Of a DNA stretch of 47,193 nucleotides, positions 8,081 to 18,788 are shown one piece after another. The notes beneath the pieces are model-generated. The model did no database searches and was not told where the DNA came from. It was given only the letters and a program-made list of their open reading frames with translations. Within the stretch, counting starts at the first letter, position 1. Every line of letters begins with the position of its first letter. A program made the translations under genes and the position numbers. The stretch comes from Spirochaetales bacterium (GTDB lineage: Bacteria; Spirochaetota; Spirochaetia; JABEVK01): positions 1-47,193 of the forward strand of contig JBAXAI010000029.1 in the NCBI GenBank assembly GCA_037142615.1, given 5' to 3'.

Positions 8081-10312
8081 CTACGCCCCCGCAAACTGGC
8101 TTTGGTACAACTCGGCGTAGAACCCCTTCTTGGCCAGCAACTCCACGTGCGTGCCCTGTTCGATGATGCTTCCTTTGTCCATAACCAGGATGAGCTCGGC
8201 GTCGCGGATGGTGCTCAGGCGGTGCGCGATCACGAAGCTGGTGCGGTCGGCCATGAGGTTCTCCATGGCTTTGCGGATGAGCACTTCGGTGCGCGTGTCG
8301 ACCGAGCTGGTGGCTTCGTCGAGAATCAGAATATCGGGATCGGCGAGCACGGCGCGGGCGATGGTGAGCAGCTGCTTTTGGCCTTGGCTGATGTTGCTGG
8401 CCTCTTCGTCGAGCACGGTGTTGTAGCCGTCGGGGAGAGTGCGGATGAAGTGGTCGGCATGCGCGGCTTTGGCGGCGGCGACGATTTCGTCCTCGGTGGC
8501 GGTGAGCTTGCCGTAGGCGATGTTGTCGCGGATGGTGCCGTTGAACAGCCAGGTATCCTGAAGCACCATGCCGAAGTGACCGCGCAGGTCGCTGCGCTTG
8601 AGTTCGTGGATGTTCTTGCCCCCCAACGAGATGGTGCCCGAATTGAGCTCGTAGAACCGCATGAGCAGGTTGACCAGCGTGGTCTTGCCGGCGCCGGTGG
8701 GGCCGACGATGGCGACGGTGTGGCCGGGCTCGACGTTCAGGTTCATGTTCTCGATCAGCGGGGTATCTTCCTTGTAGCGGAAGCTGGCGTTCTCGATGCG
8801 AACTGCGTTGCGTTGATGGCCGACGGCGACGGGCAAGGCGGCGGGTTCGGCGCTCTCTTCGGTCTCGTCGAGGATCTCGAACACGCGCTCGGCGCACGCG
8901 ATGGTGCTCTGGATGATGTTGGCGATGTTGGCGGTCTGGATGATGGGCATGGTGAAGTTGCGCGCGTACTGAATGAACGCAGTGATGTCACCCAGCTTGA
9001 GCCAGTTCTGCGTGACGCCCATTCCGCCGACCACGGCGATGACCACGTACCCCAGGTTGCTGATGAAGTTCATCATGGGGAACATGACGCCCGAGATGAA
9101 CTGGGCCCGGTAACCGGCGTGGTACAGGCGGCCGTTCACCTCTTCAAAGTGCGCCATCGAAGCCCCTTCGCGGCCGAACGCCTTGACCACCTTGTGCCCG
9201 GTGAACATTTCCTCCACATGGCTCGACAGGGCGCCGAGTTCCTTCTGCTGGTCGGCAAAGTACTTCTGCGACTTTTTGGCGATGAACATGGTGGCCACGA
9301 TGTACAGGGGCAGAGTGAGCATGACGAACAGGGTGAGCAGCGGGCTGATCGTGAGCATCATGATGATGTAGCCCACAATGCTGATGATCGAGGTGATGAT
9401 CTGCGTCAGGCTCTGTTGCAGGGTGTTGGCGATGGTGTCGATGTCGTTGGTGACGCGGCTGAGCACTTCGCCGTGGGTGCGGCTGTCGAAGAACTTGAGC
9501 GGAAGGCGGTCGAGCTTGTTGTTGACCTCGCTGCGCATGCCCGAAACGAGCTTTTGCGCCACCCCGGCCATCATCAGCTGCATCACGAGCGTGAATAGCG
9601 CGCTGAGCAGGAACACTCCCCCCAAAAGAAGCATGAGCACGGCGAGGTAGGCAAAGTCAAAGTGGCCGCCGGTCTTCTCGATGGCCCGGATGGTGTCGTC
9701 GACTTGGGCCTGGGTGAAGCTCATCCCGCCCGTTTTTTCGTCCACGGCCTTTCCGTCGACCGAGGTAGCGGGCATCAGGTCCTTCAGCTGCGCCAGTGAG
9801 TCGAGCATGGAACGCACGATGCGCGCCTTCTCGGCGTTGTCAGCGGTGTCGGCCAATAATGGGAGCGCCATAAACGTTTTGATGGCCTTGAGTTGGTCGG
9901 CGCTGGGCATTTTGGCTGGGGCAGCAGTGGCACCGCCGGCCATCATCGCCTTGCTGGCCTCGGTCACCTTGGCCTTGAGCTGGAGTTGGAGCGGGGCCAT
10001 TTTGTCGAGCACGGCCTTGGCCATGAACGAGTCCTGCATTTTGTTCATCGCCTCGCGGATGATTTGCGGCGCTCCGATGGTGAAGATGGTACTGAGGGTA
10101 GCCAGGATAAAAACAAGAACGAGTCTGGTCTGAAAGGGCTTGAGACGACCCAACAGACGATTGAGCGTCGGCTTGAAGTTCATGGCCTTCTCGACGGGTC
10201 GGCCCATGCCGCCCATCGGTCCGCCTCCGGGGCCACCCATCGGTCCTCGCCCGCCTCGGGGTCCGGGCGTCGTGGTGTTTCGATTGGGCTCCTGGCGCTG
10301 GTGGTCGCTCAT
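8081..10312 (-). CDS. ABC exporter ATP-binding/permease subunit (heterodimer partner 2)
   Basis: TMD plus GPTGAGKTT Walker A, ISQGQKQ signature, ILILDEATS Walker B; long insert after TM1. Confidence 0.95.
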   Translation of the reverse strand: MSDHQRQEPNRNTTTPGPRGGRGPMGGPGGGPMGGMGRPVEKAMNFKPTLNRLLGRLKPFQTRLVLVFILATLSTIFTIGAPQIIREAMNKMQDSFMAKAVLDKMAPLQLQLKAKVTEASKAMMAGGATAAPAKMPSADQLKAIKTFMALPLLADTADNAEKARIVRSMLDSLAQLKDLMPATSVDGKAVDEKTGGMSFTQAQVDDTIRAIEKTGGHFDFAYLAVLMLLLGGVFLLSALFTLVMQLMMAGVAQKLVSGMRSEVNNKLDRLPLKFFDSRTHGEVLSRVTNDIDTIANTLQQSLTQIITSIISIVGYIIMMLTISPLLTLFVMLTLPLYIVATMFIAKKSQKYFADQQKELGALSSHVEEMFTGHKVVKAFGREGASMAHFEEVNGRLYHAGYRAQFISGVMFPMMNFISNLGYVVIAVVGGMGVTQNWLKLGDITAFIQYARNFTMPIIQTANIANIIQSTIACAERVFEILDETEESAEPAALPVAVGHQRNAVRIENASFRYKEDTPLIENMNLNVEPGHTVAIVGPTGAGKTTLVNLLMRFYELNSGTISLGGKNIHELKRSDLRGHFGMVLQDTWLFNGTIRDNIAYGKLTATEDEIVAAAKAAHADHFIRTLPDGYNTVLDEEASNISQGQKQLLTIARAVLADPDILILDEATSSVDTRTEVLIRKAMENLMADRTSFVIAHRLSTIRDAELILVMDKGSIIEQGTHVELLAKKGFYAELYQSQFAGA

Positions 10313-12087
10313 ACGGCTTCCTCCTGTGACAACTGCGAAGCCACGATTTCTTGGTAGGTGGGGCAGTTCGCCATCAATTCGGTGTGCGTTCCCTGCCCGA
10401 CGAGTTTGCCTTCCTCGAGCACCAAAATCTGGTCGGCGTCGCGAATCGTGCCGACGCGTTGGGCCACGATGATCACCGTGGCGTCGGTGGTTTCGGCCTT
10501 GAGCGCGGTGCGCAGGTTTCGGTCGGTCTTGTAGTCAAGCGCCGAAAAACTGTCGTCAAACAGGTAGATTTTGGGCTTGCGGACCAGAGCCCGGGCAATG
10601 GCGAGGCGTTGCTTCTGCCCGCCCGACACGTTGGTGCCCCCCTGGGCCAGCACGTGGTCGAGCCCGCCGTCCATTTCGGCAATGAAGGTTTCGGACTGAG
10701 CGGTGCGCACGGCGCTGGCGATCTCTTCGGCGCTGGCGTCGGACTTGCCGTGTTTCAGGTTTTCGGCGATGGTACCACTGAACAAAAGGGCCTTTTGCGG
10801 GATGTAGCCGATCTGGGCACGGAGGGCTTTCTGAGTCTGCTCGCGCACATCGGTGCCGCTGACGAGCACCTGGCCTTCGGCCACTTCGTAAAACCGCGGA
10901 ATCAGGTTGAGCAGGCTGGTTTTGCCGGCACCGGTGGAGCCGATGATGGCGGTCACCTTGCCCGGCTCAGCGACAAAGCTCAGGCCCTCAATCGCCTTCT
11001 GCTCCGCCCCATGGTAAGCAAAGCTCACATTCCGGAACTCCACTCGCCCACTTGGCGTGTTGGCCGCCGGGGCAGTTTCGCCAGAAACTGCGGGAGCTTT
11101 CGTCGGCGCGTCAGCGGCGGCGAATGCTCCAGGGTCATTGATCACTGGGACCACGGCGAGCACTTCGTTGATGCGCTTGGCGGCGCTGGCAGCGCGCGGC
11201 ACCATGATGAACACCATGCTCACCATCATCAGGCTCATCAGAATCTGCACGGCGTACTGGGTGAACGCCATCAGCGCACCGATCTGCATGTCGCCGGCGT
11301 CGATGCGCACAATACCAAACCACAGAATCGCCAACTGCGTCAGGCTCATGATGAGCATGATCGAGGGCATCAAAAAGGCCATGATTCGGTTGACCTTGAT
11401 GTAATTCTGCGTCAGGTCGGCGTTGGCGGCCTCAAAACGCACGTTCTCCCGGTCTTCTCGGCCAAAAGCGCGGATGACGCGGATGCCGGTAAGCTTTTCG
11501 CGCAGCACCAGGTTGATCTTGTCGATCTTCACCTGCATGGCCTGGAACAGCGGCAAGCCCTTCCACATCACGGCGGCGACCAGCAACAGCAACACGGGGA
11601 TGGCGTAGGCCAGAATGAAGGTGAGCCCGGTGTCTTGGTCCCACGCGAGGATGATGCCGCCGATCATCATCATCGGTGCGGCCACCATCATCCGAAGCAT
11701 CATCACGGTGACGTTGGTCACCTGCACGATGTCGTTGGTGCTGCGGGTGATCAGCGTCGAAGCGCCAAAGCGGTCGTACTCTTCGAGCGAGAACGAGGTG
11801 ACACGGCCGAAAACCTCGCTGCGAAGCTTTCGCCCCAAGCCCAGCGCGATGCGCGAACTGAACAAGCTGGCAATGATCGAAACGAGCATGCCGCCAAAGG
11901 TGAACAGCAGCATGAGCCCGCCAATCTGCAGGATCTTGTCGGTGTTGCCCTTCATCACGCCGTCGTTGATGATGCTCGACATGAGGGTGGGCAGGTACAG
12001 GTCGGCCAGGGACTGGATGAAGACCAGCACCAGGGTGGCGACCACCAAAACCCAATAGGGCTTGAGAAAACGGAAAATCTTGATCAC
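10309..12087 (-). CDS. ABC exporter ATP-binding/permease subunit (heterodimer partner 1, degenerate site)
   Basis: GSTGAGKTS, VSGGQKQR, non-canonical Walker B YLFDDSFS and AQR switch, as in TM287/288-type exporters. Confidence 0.95.
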   Translation of the reverse strand: MIKIFRFLKPYWVLVVATLVLVFIQSLADLYLPTLMSSIINDGVMKGNTDKILQIGGLMLLFTFGGMLVSIIASLFSSRIALGLGRKLRSEVFGRVTSFSLEEYDRFGASTLITRSTNDIVQVTNVTVMMLRMMVAAPMMMIGGIILAWDQDTGLTFILAYAIPVLLLLVAAVMWKGLPLFQAMQVKIDKINLVLREKLTGIRVIRAFGREDRENVRFEAANADLTQNYIKVNRIMAFLMPSIMLIMSLTQLAILWFGIVRIDAGDMQIGALMAFTQYAVQILMSLMMVSMVFIMVPRAASAAKRINEVLAVVPVINDPGAFAAADAPTKAPAVSGETAPAANTPSGRVEFRNVSFAYHGAEQKAIEGLSFVAEPGKVTAIIGSTGAGKTSLLNLIPRFYEVAEGQVLVSGTDVREQTQKALRAQIGYIPQKALLFSGTIAENLKHGKSDASAEEIASAVRTAQSETFIAEMDGGLDHVLAQGGTNVSGGQKQRLAIARALVRKPKIYLFDDSFSALDYKTDRNLRTALKAETTDATVIIVAQRVGTIRDADQILVLEEGKLVGQGTHTELMANCPTYQEIVASQLSQEEAV

Positions 12088-12560
12088 AGGCGTTGCTCCT
12101 TCTGCGAAATCGGATCGGTTTGCATGAACTGGGCCATCTTCTTCAGCAGTTCGACGAGCTTAAGGCTGTCGTCGTCACCGAGAAACCCGGCCAACCGGGT
12201 GCAGTATGTGTGGAAACCTTGCTGACGCTGAAGAACGCTCTCGCGCCCAGCCGCAGTCAGAACAATGCGCACAACCCGCCGGTCTTGCGCGTCGGCCACG
12301 CGTTCTACCAGGCCCAACCTGGCCAGAGAAGTTGTGGTCTGCGTCATGGTGGGCGGTGAGCTTTCGAGCAGTCGAACCAGGTCGCCAATGCGCATGCCGC
12401 AAGTCGCCTCACCCTGGTGTTTGAGGGCCATCAGCACACCAAACTCGGTGCGCCCCAATTGACCCGGGGCGTGGTGACGAAAGCCCACCTGCTGGAACTC
12501 GAGCAGCGCGCGGAGCAACAATTGGGCAGGGTCGGAAAGGTCTGTCGAGTCTTCGGGCAT
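12084..12560 (-). CDS. MarR-family transcriptional regulator
   Basis: GLVERVADAQDRRVVRIVLTAAG wing motif; SD aagga before ATG 12560. Confidence 0.9.
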   Translation of the reverse strand: MPEDSTDLSDPAQLLLRALLEFQQVGFRHHAPGQLGRTEFGVLMALKHQGEATCGMRIGDLVRLLESSPPTMTQTTTSLARLGLVERVADAQDRRVVRIVLTAAGRESVLQRQQGFHTYCTRLAGFLGDDDSLKLVELLKKMAQFMQTDPISQKEQRL

Positions 12561-12567
12561 CAGGTCC

Positions 12568-12624
12568 TTCGTAATACGAATAGTACGTGTCACGAAACAT
12601 ACGACGCGAGCACGCGATCGTCAA
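12568..12624 (-). promoter_or_regulatory. Promoter and tandem palindromic operator of the marR-ABC operon
   Basis: TTGACG-N17-TATGTT on the minus strand; palindromes ttcgtaatacgaa (12568-12580) and tacgtgtcacgaa (12584-12596). Confidence 0.6.
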
Positions 12625-12649
12625 GCGACTCCTGGCGTTTCGGTGACGC

Positions 12650-12683
12650 TTGACAATTCCGGACTGGTAATACTTTCTATTAC
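12650..12683 (+). promoter_or_regulatory. -35 TTGACA and AT-rich palindrome (candidate metal-regulator operator)
   Basis: GTAATA-ctttc-TATTAC at 12667-12683, directly before the metal-binding protein gene. Confidence 0.45.
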
Positions 12684-12686
12684 TTT

Positions 12687-13622
12687 ATGGTCATCCCATC
12701 TTTGAGGTCTGTCCCCCCGCCCGCTCGAGCCTCGGTGCTTGTTTTGCTGTTGCTGCTGCTCCTGTCGGGCTGCACTCCCACGCCGACGACGGGCAAACCA
12801 GTGCTCGTCGCCACCTACTCGGTGCTCGGCGCTCTGGTCCGTGATCTAGCGGGCGACGCCTTTACCGTCGTGGTGCCTATGCCCAACGGCCTCGACCCCC
12901 ACGAGTGGGAGCCCTCGGCCCGCGACATCGAAGCCGTGAATCACGCTGCGCTCATCGTGCGCAACGGCTTGGGTCTGGAAGGGGGCCTGCAGAATGTGCT
13001 CGACAACGCGCAGGCTTCCGGGGTGCCGGTGTTCACCGCCTCGGACCATATCGCCGTCCGAACGGTGCGGGAGGGGCAAGGCCTGCCCACCGGCGACGCT
13101 GATCAGCAAGCGGGGGCCCAGGACCCTCACCTGTGGCTCGACCCGCGTCAAATGAAGTTGGTTGTCCGGAGCCTTGCCACTGAGCTGAAATCCCGGTTTG
13201 GCACGGATCTCGACCTCCGGGCCACCGACCTCGAAACGCGCTTGGACCAACTCGACGCCGAACTCCGAGGTCTGTCGGTCACCGTTCCTGCTGCGCGGCG
13301 CCTGATCGTGACCGGGCACGAGTCGCTGGGGTACCTCGCCGACGCCTACGGGTTCACTCTGGTAGGGGCCATTGTCCCAAGCCTCACGACCTCGGCCGAG
13401 GTTTCGGCCGCCGACCTGGCCAACCTGAAGGGCGATTTGGCGGCCCACCCGGTACCGGCGGTTTTCAGCGAGCTGGGAACTCCGCCCAAGGTGGCTCAGG
13501 CCTTGGCCCGCGAGGTGGGCGTGGCTTTGGTGCAGGTGTCGACGCACGTGCTGCCGCCCGATGGGTCGTACTTTACTTTGCTGGAAGAACTGATGGCGAC
13601 GTTGGTGAAGGCCCTTCGGTAG
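12687..13622 (+). CDS. Zn/Mn ABC transporter substrate-binding lipoprotein (ZnuA/TroA family)
   Basis: Lipobox LSG-C; DPHEWEPS, DPHLWLDP and H.SLGYLA metal-ligand motifs. Confidence 0.92.
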   Translation: MVIPSLRSVPPPARASVLVLLLLLLLSGCTPTPTTGKPVLVATYSVLGALVRDLAGDAFTVVVPMPNGLDPHEWEPSARDIEAVNHAALIVRNGLGLEGGLQNVLDNAQASGVPVFTASDHIAVRTVREGQGLPTGDADQQAGAQDPHLWLDPRQMKLVVRSLATELKSRFGTDLDLRATDLETRLDQLDAELRGLSVTVPAARRLIVTGHESLGYLADAYGFTLVGAIVPSLTTSAEVSAADLANLKGDLAAHPVPAVFSELGTPPKVAQALAREVGVALVQVSTHVLPPDGSYFTLLEELMATLVKALR

Positions 13623-13634
13623 GCCGAAAGGTTC

Positions 13635-14384
13635 CTAGAACTCGAACTTGAACCCGTCCTGGGTCAGCAAGGTGACCACCTTCTGAAAGTCTGGATCTTT
13701 CACGTACTTGTCGTTGGCCTTGAACATCCAATCGGTGATCCAGGCTTCCATGTTGGGCAAAAAGCGAGGATCAGCCTTGTGCTCCAGCAAGGCGACGGCG
13801 GCGGCGTAGTTGTTTTCGCCCAGCGCGTAGATCAAGGGCCGTCCTTCCTCGCCCTCGATGCCGTTGGCGCGGGCCCCGTTTTCCAGCAACAAGGTGATCA
13901 CCTCGAGACTGGAATAGCGCACGGCTTTTTTCAGCGGACTCCCGTTGCCCTCGACCTCGAGGTTGGAGTCGGCACCGGCCTTGAGCAAACGCGCCACGAT
14001 GGTGGCGTCGTTGGTCGATACGGCCAGCGTGAGAGCTGTCATCGCTGCGTAAAACGCCCGGTCGGTCTGCGCCCCGTGGGTGATCAACCAGTCCACCCCC
14101 GTCAAGTTCTTGGCCCCCACGGCCCACGCCAACGCGGTGAGGCCCTCGCGCCCCCTTTGGTCCACCTCGACCTTCTTGGCGGTCAGCAGTTGGTCCATCA
14201 CGTCGGTTTTGCCCTCGGCAGCGGCCGTGGCGAAGGTGTAGAGGTCGGCATCGGGAAAGTAGTAGCTGGTGCTCATCGAGAACCGCTCGTTGAAGTAATT
14301 TTGGGTGCACGACGTGGTGGAAACCCCCACCAAGGCGAGCGCAAGACACAAGGCAATCGGGCCAAAAGACCGGGAGGAGTTCAT
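13635..14384 (-). CDS. Ankyrin-repeat lipoprotein
   Basis: Signal peptide ending TTS-C; GLTALAWAV, TALTLAV, GSPLKKAV and PLIYAL ankyrin repeats. Confidence 0.85.
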   Translation of the reverse strand: MNSSRSFGPIALCLALALVGVSTTSCTQNYFNERFSMSTSYYFPDADLYTFATAAAEGKTDVMDQLLTAKKVEVDQRGREGLTALAWAVGAKNLTGVDWLITHGAQTDRAFYAAMTALTLAVSTNDATIVARLLKAGADSNLEVEGNGSPLKKAVRYSSLEVITLLLENGARANGIEGEEGRPLIYALGENNYAAAVALLEHKADPRFLPNMEAWITDWMFKANDKYVKDPDFQKVVTLLTQDGFKFEF

Positions 14385-14434
14385 ACTTTCAGTATCGGCT
14401 TGCCCCCGGCCTCGTGTCGAGGTACTTTGCTTTG

Positions 14435-15304
<870 letters not shown>

Positions 15305-15311
15305 GGAATCT

Positions 15312-16313
15312 ATGAAACCATTTATTGCTATGTTCAAAGCCCGCACCATGGAGTTCCTCCGGGACCGCGGCAACCTCGCCTGGTCGCTGATGTTCCCCCT
15401 CGTGATGGTGTTCGGGTTCGCGTTCGCGTTCAACGGACCGTCGGCGCTGTTCAAGGTCGGGGTGCTCGGACCCGGCGACACCTCGCTGGCCTTTCTGAAG
15501 ACCGACCAAGTGCAGTTCCTCGCCTTCGACGGCGCCACCAAAGCCGAGGCCGTGCTCGAAAAACTGCGCCACCACAGCTTGGACGCCGTCATCGACACCG
15601 CGTCGAAAACCTATTGGGTCAACAAGGAATCGAAGAACGCCTCGGTGGTGCGACTTTTGCTCACCAAGCAGGACGGCGGCGCGGGCTACGCTGAAAAGCA
15701 GGTCACCGGGCAAGCCATCCGCTATGTCGACCAATTGGTTCCCGGCGTGATCGGCATGAACATGATGTTCGGCTGCCTGTTCGGCATCGGGTTCGTCATC
15801 GTGCGCTACCGCAAGAACGGGGTGCTTAAACGGCTCAAGGCTACCCCGGTCTCGGCGCTGCAATTTGTTTTGGCGCAAGGAGTCAGCCGGTTCGTCATCG
15901 TGTTTGTCACCTCGATTTTCGTCTACCTGGGGACAGACCTCTTTCTGCACTTCATGATGAAGGGCTCTTACCTCGACCTCGTGCTGGTGATGAGCCTGGG
16001 CATTTTGAGCATGATCGCGCTCGGGCTGGTATTCGCCGCGCGCTTCAAGAGCGAAGAGCTGGCCAACGGCATCATCAACCTCGTCACCTGGCCGATGATG
16101 CTGTTTTCGGGCATCTTTTTCAGCCTCGAAGGCCTGCCTGACGTTCTCCAATGGGTCGGTCAGGCGATTCCGATCACCCACTTTTTGAACGCAGCGAGGG
16201 CCATCATGCTCGAGGGGGCCGGACTGGCCCAGGTGGCTCCCGACCTGGCCTTCCTGGCGCTCTTCAGCGCAGCGTGCTTTGGCCTCGCGGCCTGGCTGTT
16301 CAAGTGGGAATAG
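15312..16313 (+). CDS. ABC-2 type transporter permease
   Basis: Hydrophobic; R..GVLKRLKATP motif; follows the ATPase gene. Confidence 0.92.
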   Translation: MKPFIAMFKARTMEFLRDRGNLAWSLMFPLVMVFGFAFAFNGPSALFKVGVLGPGDTSLAFLKTDQVQFLAFDGATKAEAVLEKLRHHSLDAVIDTASKTYWVNKESKNASVVRLLLTKQDGGAGYAEKQVTGQAIRYVDQLVPGVIGMNMMFGCLFGIGFVIVRYRKNGVLKRLKATPVSALQFVLAQGVSRFVIVFVTSIFVYLGTDLFLHFMMKGSYLDLVLVMSLGILSMIALGLVFAARFKSEELANGIINLVTWPMMLFSGIFFSLEGLPDVLQWVGQAIPITHFLNAARAIMLEGAGLAQVAPDLAFLALFSAACFGLAAWLFKWE

Positions 16314-16338
16314 GGCCCCAACGGGCTGGAGGTAGCCG

Positions 16339-16722
16339 ATGAACAAAGACCTGTACTACGAAGGCTTACTGCTCAAGCAAGACGGCAAACTGGCGCTGGC
16401 GCTCGACAAGTTCGAGGCGGCGGTAGGGGCGCTCGCGGCGGGCCCTGGCACCGGGAAGCCCGAGGACGCCACGGCCTGGAACGAGATCGGCCTGATCCAT
16501 GACGACGCGGGCCGGCTCAGCGCTGCCGAAAAGTGCTACGAACGTGCCGTCGGCCTCGACCCGGGGCTGGCGAGGGGCTGGAACAACTGGGGGGTATGCG
16601 CCTTTGTGCGCGAAGACTGGGCCACCGCCAAAGCGCGGTTCGAAAAGGCTCTGGAAGTGCAACCCGACAACGAAAATGCCCGGCTCAACCTCGCCGATGT
16701 GCTCGAGGCTCAGAACTCGTAG
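16339..16722 (+). CDS. Tetratricopeptide-repeat protein
   Basis: AWNEIGLI...AEKCYERAVGLDP...WNNWG...FEKALEVQPDN..ARLNL; SD ggagg. Confidence 0.85.
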   Translation: MNKDLYYEGLLLKQDGKLALALDKFEAAVGALAAGPGTGKPEDATAWNEIGLIHDDAGRLSAAEKCYERAVGLDPGLARGWNNWGVCAFVREDWATAKARFEKALEVQPDNENARLNLADVLEAQNS

Positions 16723-17720
16723 GTGAACTTGCCGGGGACGGTGGTTCCCAAGGGATTGGAATACCGGTACTGCTCAAACACCGTCTTCACGATTTCGTCG
16801 ATCTCGAGGTCGCCCGAGGACTGGGTAAGCTTGATATCGGTGAGCCGCGGGTTCTCCCCAGCTGCGGGCGCCGATAGCTTGAAGGTGAGCGACACCGGTT
16901 TGAGGTTGCGGTCTGTCTTGTAGTCGGCCCTGGCCGTGTCATAGCCAGCGCGCAAAAGCACCACCCAATAATAGTCGCGTCCCACCACTGGAGGCTGCCC
17001 TTTCAGACGAAGCTGATTGCCCGATGGCTCATACAACGCCAATAGCATTTTGCGGAAATCATCGACGCTGTTGAGCGCGTCGGGCTGGAGCCGGTCGAGA
17101 AGGCCCGCGTCGAGCACCTTTGGGAGAGGCATGAACAGGCTGATGAGAGGGTGCAACCCCTCATTGATGCCGCGCAAGTTGCCCTCGAACACTGCTTGGG
17201 CCGTGTTGCCATTCTCGGCGCCCTTCACCACTGTCGTCGCCGTCGGCGCAGCAGGTGCAGGGGCGAGAGGCGAAGGGCTCGCAGGCTTTTCGACGACCTT
17301 GGGAGTGGGCTTTTCGACGACCTTCGGCACCGGTTTGGCCGGCGCGGGCGCGGGTGTGGGCACAACAGGCTCGGGCTTGGCCACCGGTATTGCGGTCGGG
17401 TCGGGTAGGTCTTCGATCACGGCCGTTTGCGAGGGGGCCTGCTGGGCCAGGAAGTTCATCACCGGGTCGGCCTGCGACGTCACCGACAAGGGCGTATCTT
17501 CGCCATCGGGGCTTCCGAGCTTGACGCTGAGGGCCTGGCCGCCATCGCCCAAAACAAGCACGAGCAAACTGCCAGCGAGCCACGCGGCCAAAACGCCCAG
17601 CGCCGGCAGGAGCAAACTCACCGCCCAGCTGAGCAGCCGTCGCCGAAGGGTCTGCTGTTCGCGCCACACCTGCCAAGTCTGGGTGCTGGCCGATACCTTG
17701 ACACCCGCGGGAACCTTCAT
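16710..17720 (-). CDS. TonB-like energy transducer
   Basis: N-terminal TM segment, Pro/Lys-rich linker, C-terminal TQSSGDLEIDEIV; downstream of exbBD. Confidence 0.7.
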   Translation of the reverse strand: MKVPAGVKVSASTQTWQVWREQQTLRRRLLSWAVSLLLPALGVLAAWLAGSLLVLVLGDGGQALSVKLGSPDGEDTPLSVTSQADPVMNFLAQQAPSQTAVIEDLPDPTAIPVAKPEPVVPTPAPAPAKPVPKVVEKPTPKVVEKPASPSPLAPAPAAPTATTVVKGAENGNTAQAVFEGNLRGINEGLHPLISLFMPLPKVLDAGLLDRLQPDALNSVDDFRKMLLALYEPSGNQLRLKGQPPVVGRDYYWVVLLRAGYDTARADYKTDRNLKPVSLTFKLSAPAAGENPRLTDIKLTQSSGDLEIDEIVKTVFEQYRYSNPLGTTVPGKFTYEF

Positions 17721-18139
17721 GGCGTAGTGTGAGTCAGCTTGGTCAGCAAGTTGACCCCCTCGATCTTGTTCTTGCGCAAAATGTCGAGCACGCTGACCAC
17801 CAATTGATAGCTGGTGTCCTTGCCCCCTTCGAGCACGACCCGCAGCTTCTTCAAGTCTTTGCCCTCAATGGCTTTGGTGACCAGACCCGGGAGGCCCTCC
17901 AAGTTGGTCTGGTTCTTGCCCAGCCAGATTTCGGCGGGGCTGGCGACCACGATCCGCAGTTCGGTCAGGCTCACGTTGGCCGCCGTCGTGCTCTTGGGAA
18001 GGTCGAGTGCCAAACCCGGCCCTACCCGGAACACCGTGGCCACCAAAAAGAAGATGACAATCATGAGCACCACGTCGATCAGCGGCGTCAGGTTGGGCGC
18101 GCCGGGCGGAGGGAGCCGCCGGGGGAGCGGGATTCTCAT
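17717..18139 (-). CDS. exbD: Biopolymer transporter ExbD/TolR
   Basis: NLTPLIDVVLMIVIFFLV motif; ...SYQLVVSVLD. Confidence 0.92.
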   Translation of the reverse strand: MRIPLPRRLPPPGAPNLTPLIDVVLMIVIFFLVATVFRVGPGLALDLPKSTTAANVSLTELRIVVASPAEIWLGKNQTNLEGLPGLVTKAIEGKDLKKLRVVLEGGKDTSYQLVVSVLDILRKNKIEGVNLLTKLTHTTP

Positions 18140-18744
18140 CCGCGCCTCTTGAGGATGCGAACCAGGTCGCCGGCCTGACCCTCGAGGGCGCCGATGATCT
18201 TGTTGGCCATGCCCGACAGCGTGCTGTACGCGACCATGCTGGGCACCGCCAGCACGATGCCGGCGGCGGTGGTGATCAGCGCTTCGGCAATGCCTTTGGC
18301 GAGCACCGAAGGATCGCTGGCTGCCCCAAAATCACCGAGCACGTTGAACGAATTGATGATGCCCGACACCGTACCGAGCAAGCCCAACAGCGGGGCGATG
18401 TTGCCGATGGTGCCCACAGCGGCGATGCCGGCCTCGATACGCCCCAGCTCGCGCAAGGCTGCTTCACGCACCACTTCACGCAGTTCGGCTTCGGGCAGAT
18501 TGCGGCTTTCGATACCCGAGCGGATCAGCGCGCCCAGAGGGGCCTCGTTGGTGTCGCAGATGGCCAAGGCCTCTTCGTGGTGGCCCTTTTCGATCGCCGA
18601 CTTGACGCGCGACAAGAGCTTGTCTTCGTCGGTGTGGATGCGGCGGAAGTACAAAAGCCGCTCTACTACCACGGCAAGAACGGGAACCGCCAGAACCATG
18701 ATCAGCCACAGTACAGGGCCGCCTTTCACCAGAATGTCTAACAT
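18136..18744 (-). CDS. exbB: MotA/TolQ/ExbB proton channel protein
   Basis: APLLGLLGTV.GII and GIAEALITTAAG; SD ggagg before ATG 18744. Confidence 0.92.
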   Translation of the reverse strand: MLDILVKGGPVLWLIMVLAVPVLAVVVERLLYFRRIHTDEDKLLSRVKSAIEKGHHEEALAICDTNEAPLGALIRSGIESRNLPEAELREVVREAALRELGRIEAGIAAVGTIGNIAPLLGLLGTVSGIINSFNVLGDFGAASDPSVLAKGIAEALITTAAGIVLAVPSMVAYSTLSGMANKIIGALEGQAGDLVRILKRRG

Positions 18745-18788
18745 GAGCCCCTCCGCAAGAACCAACCTACCTCAGGATGGCCAGTGTT

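Noticed and set aside
7838-12225. Long plus-strand ORFs 7838..9598 and 10351..12225
   Set aside because: Antisense shadows of the ABC exporter genes, common in high-GC DNA, with no recognisable motifs.
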